From contig JAKALS010000002.1 of assembly GCA_021813145.1 (NCBI GenBank), forward strand, positions 35,595 to 99,594: a DNA stretch of 64,000 bases, written 5' to 3'. Positions 55,117 to 61,100 of the stretch are shown here, in pieces. A program made the position numbers and the translations under genes. The notes under the pieces are model-generated. The model was not told the origin of the DNA. It ran no database searches and saw only the letters and a list, made by a program, of their open reading frames with translations. The stretch's first letter is position 1. Every line of letters begins with the position of its first letter. The stretch comes from a bacterium (GTDB lineage Bacteria; Patescibacteriota; Microgenomatia; Levybacterales; UBA12049).

Positions 55117-55623
55117 TTAAGGAGTAGGCACGTTGAACATATTGGTGTTAACAACATTGCTTACAACCGAATAGGATGTAGCGGAACCGGTATGAACTGG
55201 AGACTGATAAATAGACGCTCCATAGTGTCCGGTTACCCCGTTATAGCCCGTATTGGACGATGTATTAACATTATTGGACACTGTACCCGAATTTGACAGG
55301 TCAAAATCCAAGAAGTGTACACCGCTGAGGCTTAAACTGCCGGTCGATTGATTCCAGTTAAGCTGGGTTTGAACATTGGCGCTCGAAAGAGCATTGCCGG
55401 ACGTAAGAGAACTGTTCGTTACTCCTCCGTCTTCGCCCCATGCAGTTAAACCGTTATATCCAGTATTAGAGCTTGTATTTACAGAATTACTGACCGTTCC
55501 TGAATTTGAAATATTGACGAAAGCTTTTGGACCTTCATACCACGCAAAAGCCGGAACCGATGTTGCTAAAAGTAATGCTGCTGCTGCTCCTGTTGCTGCT
55601 AATTTTTTGAACATTTTATTCAC
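55117..55623 (-). CDS. Small secreted Asn/Ser-rich two-repeat protein (candidate fibre subunit)
   Basis: Signal peptide ..VPAFA, two repeats of about 60 aa starting SNSGTVSNxVNTSSNTGYNG; strong SD GGAAGGAGG(TG). Start is GTG 55623 or ATG 55614. Confidence 0.8.
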   Translation of the reverse strand: MNKMFKKLAATGAAAALLLATSVPAFAWYEGPKAFVNISNSGTVSNSVNTSSNTGYNGLTAWGEDGGVTNSSLTSGNALSSANVQTQLNWNQSTGSLSLSGVHFLDFDLSNSGTVSNNVNTSSNTGYNGVTGHYGASIYQSPVHTGSATSYSVVSNVVNTNMFNVPTP

Positions 55624-55750
55624 CTCCTTCCCTACGTTGGATAGTTTGATATAGTTAATACTATATTCATTATCCGAGTGGAATTAATACTAAATTTATT
55701 TCATGATTAAAAAATAAAAGAATTGTAAGAAGTCTGTAAGAGACCGAAGA

Positions 55751-56158
55751 CTAAGCGTTACTCAAGGTAAAGAAGCTTAAAACTTTATCGAAGAAACCAA
55801 GCACCATGCTTTTGAATGCCGATACTATATTAAAATTTCTTGTTTCCGAAACGGTTATAGTTTTATTAGAAGGGATAGGAAGCTGAGGAGTAACTGTGGC
55901 CGAAGGAGTCGCTATTATTTTTGAACTTGTCGAACTTCCGTTTGATTTTACTTCTACTTTATAGGTCCCCGGACCGGTAGCATCAAGAGTTTTTGTTACC
56001 CTGTTTGCCGTAGTTTCTATATGGGTTTGCACATTCCCGCTTCCCTGTATTTCGGTTTGAACACTGGACCGAGCAGCCGAATTGCCGTTTGTTACTTCGG
56101 CCGAGGAAATTTGGGGGAATAAAAATACCATCACTGCCGTAAGTAAAAGATATTTCAT
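55751..56158 (-). CDS. Small secreted protein with N-terminal half-repeat
   Basis: Signal peptide ..ISSA, then EVTNGNSAARSSVQTEI, S/T/P linker, amphipathic C-terminus; SD AAGGAG. Confidence 0.7.
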   Translation of the reverse strand: MKYLLLTAVMVFLFPQISSAEVTNGNSAARSSVQTEIQGSGNVQTHIETTANRVTKTLDATGPGTYKVEVKSNGSSTSSKIIATPSATVTPQLPIPSNKTITVSETRNFNIVSAFKSMVLGFFDKVLSFFTLSNA

Positions 56159-56196
56159 AAGCTCCTTTTACTTCTAAACAATAAATTTGTCAAGTT

Positions 56197-56268
56197 TTAC
56201 AAAAGGACCGAACCCAAAAATAAAACCGAAAGCACAATAATAATTATCAACATAGAAAACAGTTTCAT
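56197..56268 (-). CDS. Putative 23-aa hydrophobic micropeptide
   Basis: MKLFSMLIIIIVLSVLFLGSVLL*; preceded by TTGACA-17-TAAAAA-6-ATG. Confidence 0.35.
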   Translation of the reverse strand: MKLFSMLIIIIVLSVLFLGSVLL

Positions 56269-56304
56269 CTTTCTTTTTTACTCTTATTAAAAACTTTTGT
56301 CAAA

Positions 56305-56904
56305 TTACTTTTGGGGAATTGCAGTAACAATAAGACGTTTTTCATCGTAAAATCCGGTACATGTATAAAGGGTAAGGGTGTCTGTTCTTGTCGGAGCAAT
56401 TACATCTGTCTGGTTTGGGTAGACTGCTGTAATTTTATTCACTTTATATCTGTACCATTTGTTTTTTGTAAAAATATAAATAATATCTCCTGTTTTTACG
56501 TCTTTAAGGTTGTAGAAAAGCCCCTGTCTTGCATGGGCAAAAATTACAGTGTTCCCCGCAGTCCCGGGATGGCCGCTCCCCAGCCCGTAAGAAGCCGTAT
56601 TATCCGAAAGTTCCCAATATCCGTTAACTACTTTTGCGTCAACTACGGGAAGGTCGATTTCTACCGAAGGAATTAAAATTCTTACCGGATCGCTTTGAAC
56701 AGACTGCTCTGCCAAAAGCTTCGGAGAAATTTTAATGGGATTAGTCGTATTGCTTTGGCTAGTAGTGTAATAAGAAGACCCAACAAGAATTGCAAGCGCT
56801 GCAATAAGAAAAACGAGACTTAAAATTTTGTATTTTAAGGGGTTTTGCTGTTTGGTTCTTTTCCCGGATTTTTTAGGAGTTTTTTTAACTTTTTTCTTAG
56901 GCAT
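56305..56904 (-). CDS. Sortase
   Basis: N-terminal TM, RILIPSVEIDLPV, GNTVIFAH (His), LTLYTC (Cys), KRLIV (Arg); start overlaps upstream gene stop. Confidence 0.92.
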   Translation of the reverse strand: MPKKKVKKTPKKSGKRTKQQNPLKYKILSLVFLIAALAILVGSSYYTTSQSNTTNPIKISPKLLAEQSVQSDPVRILIPSVEIDLPVVDAKVVNGYWELSDNTASYGLGSGHPGTAGNTVIFAHARQGLFYNLKDVKTGDIIYIFTKNKWYRYKVNKITAVYPNQTDVIAPTRTDTLTLYTCTGFYDEKRLIVTAIPQK

Positions 56905-58117
56905 TCTTTTTAAATAAGGCAAATCCCGTAATGCTTAAGATTAAAGAAGCGAATATCTGCAACGCAAAAAGATTATTTGTATCCCCTGCCGTATAGGAAA
57001 GGCCTAAAACACCGGGCCCAGTCGAAGCTCCCAGGACCGCCTGGGTAGGGCCTCCTGTTCCCCCCACTGTTACAGGTCCAACAGCATCTCCGGGCATACA
57101 TCCGTTAACCGCATTTACCCAGAAATAATATTTAGTGACCGAAAGACCCGAAATTGTATAGCTTGTTACATTTCCCGTACTTGATACTCCCCATTTCTTT
57201 GTTCCTGGATCATCGGAATAAGATATGGAATAATCTGTTACAGGCCCCGAAGGAGCCGCCCATGTTAATGTTACCTGACCTGCGCCCGGCCCCGATACTG
57301 CCGTTACATTAGTAGGGGCTCCGGGTTTTTGATCTGAGCATACAGGAGGATTCGAGCTTCCTCCCCCGCCTCCCCCATTACTTCCCCCACCTCCGGGTGT
57401 AGAAGTAGGAACGGGCGTAGGCGTTGAAGTTGGTATGGGTGAAGTTGTTTCCTCGGGCTGGCAATCCTGGTTAGTTTCACAATTACTCTCTCCCACACCG
57501 GGGAATTTCACGCATTGGTAATCATTATTGCAAGAATCGTAATAAGCTTCCGTCTGGCAATCCTGATCGACCTCACAATTACTTTGTTTTATACCCTCAT
57601 GCTTTATGCATTGCCTATCTTCATTGCATGTATAGTAGTAATGAGGTGTCGGAGTTGAAGTCGGTGAGCAGGTCGGGGAAGAACTCGGGCTAGGATTCGG
57701 ACATTCTACCCAGAACTCCTTGTGTTTAACATTTTGCTCGTTACTGCCTTCCCAATTAAGGCGGTAGTGTCCGTTAGACAATGAATAATCTTGTGTCTTA
57801 TAGAACCCGGATGGACTTGTGTTATATGTTCCTGACTCAACTTGTGACCCGTTTCCGGTAGGCTGCCAGGAAAGGATTTCCCATGTGCCTGATTGAGAAG
57901 GATCAGCAAAATAAAAGGCTATATAGAAAGTGCAAACGTGCGGATCGTTATCGGGGAGATCAATTCCTGCGCTAACATCATGAATTTTAACCGTCCCATT
58001 ATTTCCATTATCAGCTTTTGCGATTAGAGGATTTAAAGCCAGAATAAATAATGCCAAAGTAAAAAAAGCAGTTAGTAGAATCAATCCCTGTGCTTTCATA
58101 AAATTCTTGATTTTCAT
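56897..58117 (-). CDS. Probable sortase substrate: N-terminal beta domain, 2 Cys-rich repeats, FN3, VLG motifs, LSYTAG + TM + KK
   Basis: Signal peptide ..AKA; FN3; C-terminus QAVLGASTGPGVLGLSYTAG-DTNN-hydrophobic-KKNA; coupled to sortase. Confidence 0.8.
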   Translation of the reverse strand: MKIKNFMKAQGLILLTAFFTLALFILALNPLIAKADNGNNGTVKIHDVSAGIDLPDNDPHVCTFYIAFYFADPSQSGTWEILSWQPTGNGSQVESGTYNTSPSGFYKTQDYSLSNGHYRLNWEGSNEQNVKHKEFWVECPNPSPSSSPTCSPTSTPTPHYYYTCNEDRQCIKHEGIKQSNCEVDQDCQTEAYYDSCNNDYQCVKFPGVGESNCETNQDCQPEETTSPIPTSTPTPVPTSTPGGGGSNGGGGGGSSNPPVCSDQKPGAPTNVTAVSGPGAGQVTLTWAAPSGPVTDYSISYSDDPGTKKWGVSSTGNVTSYTISGLSVTKYYFWVNAVNGCMPGDAVGPVTVGGTGGPTQAVLGASTGPGVLGLSYTAGDTNNLFALQIFASLILSITGFALFKKNA

Positions 58118-58147
58118 ATTTAGGGGACAGTTAGAGGCAGCTAAGTT

Positions 58148-61100
58148 CTACTGCCTTCTTAGATACTTTCTTAATAAAATTCCGCTTAGTAATACAAATA
58201 GAAGTACTACAAATGCCCAGCCTATCGAAGCCATGCTAATACCCTTTGTCAGCAATGCAGGTTTTTGCGAAGGAGTTGGCGTAGATGAAGGTTTAGCACT
58301 TTCTGTTGCCGCACCCAAAACTTCCTGTCCGGGTGCAGTTTCTTGAAGAGTCGGTTCTGCATTTTCGGAAGTATTGGCTCCTAAAACTCCCTGTATTGTA
58401 TTTGCAGCCAAAACCGATGGACCTGCCGAAGGCGCTCCTCCGCCTCCTGATGAGCCTCCGTCGGATCTCCCGTCTCCGGGAAGTCCAAAAATATAATAAG
58501 TAGAAAAAGCTGTTTCGTTTCCAACCGCTTCGGGAGATCCCGCCGAAATAGTTCTGTAATAATAATCCTGATTTACGGTTAAACCGTTTACTGTTACAGA
58601 ATGACTAGTAACTTTATTAGTATCTTCTACCGTTGAATAGGCATAACCGTAATTCGGAGCGCTTCCCAATGTGGGATGGGAAACTGTATCGTAGACTACC
58701 CTGCTTGTTGCAGGGAAATTAGTTGCCCATGTTATTAATACCGAGTTATCTCCTGTACGTACAATCTTTTGGTCGGAAATAATAGGAGGAACATTGTAAA
58801 CTCCACTAAAGGTTGTGCTGTTGCCGGCATTATCGTATGCAATTGCATTTATCGTAAGGTCGCGGTCAACAACAATGGGCGAAGAATATAAAACTTTTGT
58901 TGCGGAAGTTGCAGGATTTGTTCCGTCGGTTGTATAGTAGACATCTTTTACTCCGCTTAAATTATCGGTAGCAATTAGAGCAACATTTGTCGGATTATCC
59001 GGCTGATCTCCAGGCAACGGATTCGCAGTCAAGGCGGGAGCAGTTGCATCATATACATAATGCACAGGAGCGCTCCATGCCCCGACATTACCTGCGTTGT
59101 CAACGGCCCTTACATAAATCGTAACTCCGCCTTGTTCATTTAATCCGGGAACATGTCCTCTAGAGGTTACATTTCCGGCTACATCACGGCATCCGCCATT
59201 TGGTAAGTCCGAGCATGTACTCCCGGAAAAAGTGTGATGGTCATCGTAGACGTATCCTACTTGATACTTAGCAATTCCGCTGGTATCCGTAACCGCTGTC
59301 CAATTGGCAGTAATTGGTATTGAATTAAAGTAGTCTCCATTACTTGGAGACGTGATTGTAGGCGCTGATGGAGCTGTCCAATCAACTGTATATGTACAAC
59401 TGTTATTAATACCCTCGCTGCCACCAAACCAAGCTGATTTATTTCCTGCTTTATCAACTGCCCTTACTTGAACTCCATAGGTTCCTTGCACAGGCACCGT
59501 CCACCAGGAAGCATTGAAGTATGGAGTCGTAAAAGTTCGAATAGGACCAACGCTTCCATCAGCATTAAAAGAGACATATTCATAATGATCGAAATCCGCC
59601 TCGGTATTAGCATTCCAATACACATCAAAATTCCTTGCAGATGTTATTCCTCCACAAGCAACATCTTTATTATTTACAGTATCTTTGAAATAAATTCCTG
59701 TTGGAACAGCCGGAGCCGTGCTATCTATATTTACCGCCCATGGACCTGACCAATTACTGCAGTTTCCAACACTATCACAAGCTCTAACTTGCCAATAATA
59801 CAAATGGTCACTGGAGCCGGAAGCATCAATTTGAGACGCTGTTCCCGTATTTTTATTATATATAGGTGAAACGAAACCATTACCAGCACCTACCGCAGAA
59901 CTATAAGAAGACTGATAGTAGTAAGTAACGGGTAAGCTGGGATCAGTGACATCCGACCAATCCAAAATCAAACCTCCCGGTTTTACAAAAGCGCCGTTTG
60001 CGGGACTTACTAGTGTCGGAACATTTGGAGCAGTTTTATCAATTGTAAATTTATATTCTGTCGAATTCCCAGCCTTGTCTACTACTACCATTCGATAACT
60101 ATCATCGGCTAGCCAAAAAAGACCAAACCACTCACCTGTATAAATCTTAAATGGACTGGATTCACCTTCTCTATATAATTCAGTTTGTAAATAATTAGTG
60201 TCAATTGCATGAACATTAATGTTTGTACTGCCGTTATATAGGGCTTTTGGAGCAACGCCGTCTATAGTGGCTGTTGGAGCTGTTCGGTCGACATAGATTG
60301 TGCGAATAGCATTTACACTCCAATTCAAAGCCATATCTTGGGCACCTACTTGGACATAGTATTTTCCATCCGACAAATTACTAGGCAAGTGCACTTTGCA
60401 AATTCCGGAATCACTCGTACCACTTTCATTTGAATTGTTATAACATGTGGCAACCCAATGGTTTGAATGCGAAGAATCAGTATCATAAAAGCTAACATTG
60501 ACGCTTTTTAGCGCTACATTATCACTTGCTGTGTAACCAACATCGAAGTTACTGTTAACATATGCATTGTTGGCTGGTGTGGGCAAAGTAAAGGACACCG
60601 TGGGTTTGGTGGTATCTGGTCCATTACAGAGTCCATTAAGATCCGGAGTAGTCAACCAGGTTGAGAAATCAACATTAGTACTAACCTTATCTCCAGAACC
60701 AGGCCCCACCGGTCCTGGACCCGTTGCGCTTCCCCACCAATTGCAGGTTGCTTTGACTAATGGGTTAGAGTTGTCATTCTGAACACCGATTGGATTTCCG
60801 GTAATTTGATTACGGTTAACAACAACCTGATCAGATATAGTATTCACAGGTACTAGAATTCCCGCATTCGCCATATTTGTAATTATATTGTTGAGCACTT
60901 GAATATTTTGGTTTAATCCAGTACCGAAGTCATTAGATAGACGAACCCCTCTATAGCCATTATCAAGATTGTTATTTTGAATAGTAACGCCATTATTACC
61001 AAGTCCTACGAAAATTGTCGAACTTTGATTAAAACCCGATCCTGTGTTGGTGGAGGTATTTTCACTTACATTTACGGTAGTGTTATTAACTAGAACTACG

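Larger units (their letters stand above)
52193..57340 (-). repeat. Dispersed duplicate FN3 module (52193-52471 and 57065-57340)
   Basis: Clear DNA and protein similarity (ISYSD.P.T.KWGV..TGNVTSYTISGL...Y.FWV.AVNGCMPGD..GPVTV). Confidence 0.85.

Noticed and set aside
57386-57396. 11-bp match CCCACCTCCGG to the tRNA-Thr 3' end (possible attR of an island starting at 33.5 kb)
   Set aside because: It lies inside a Pro-Gly-Gly-Gly codon run of an intact gene; no integrase in the window; likely chance.
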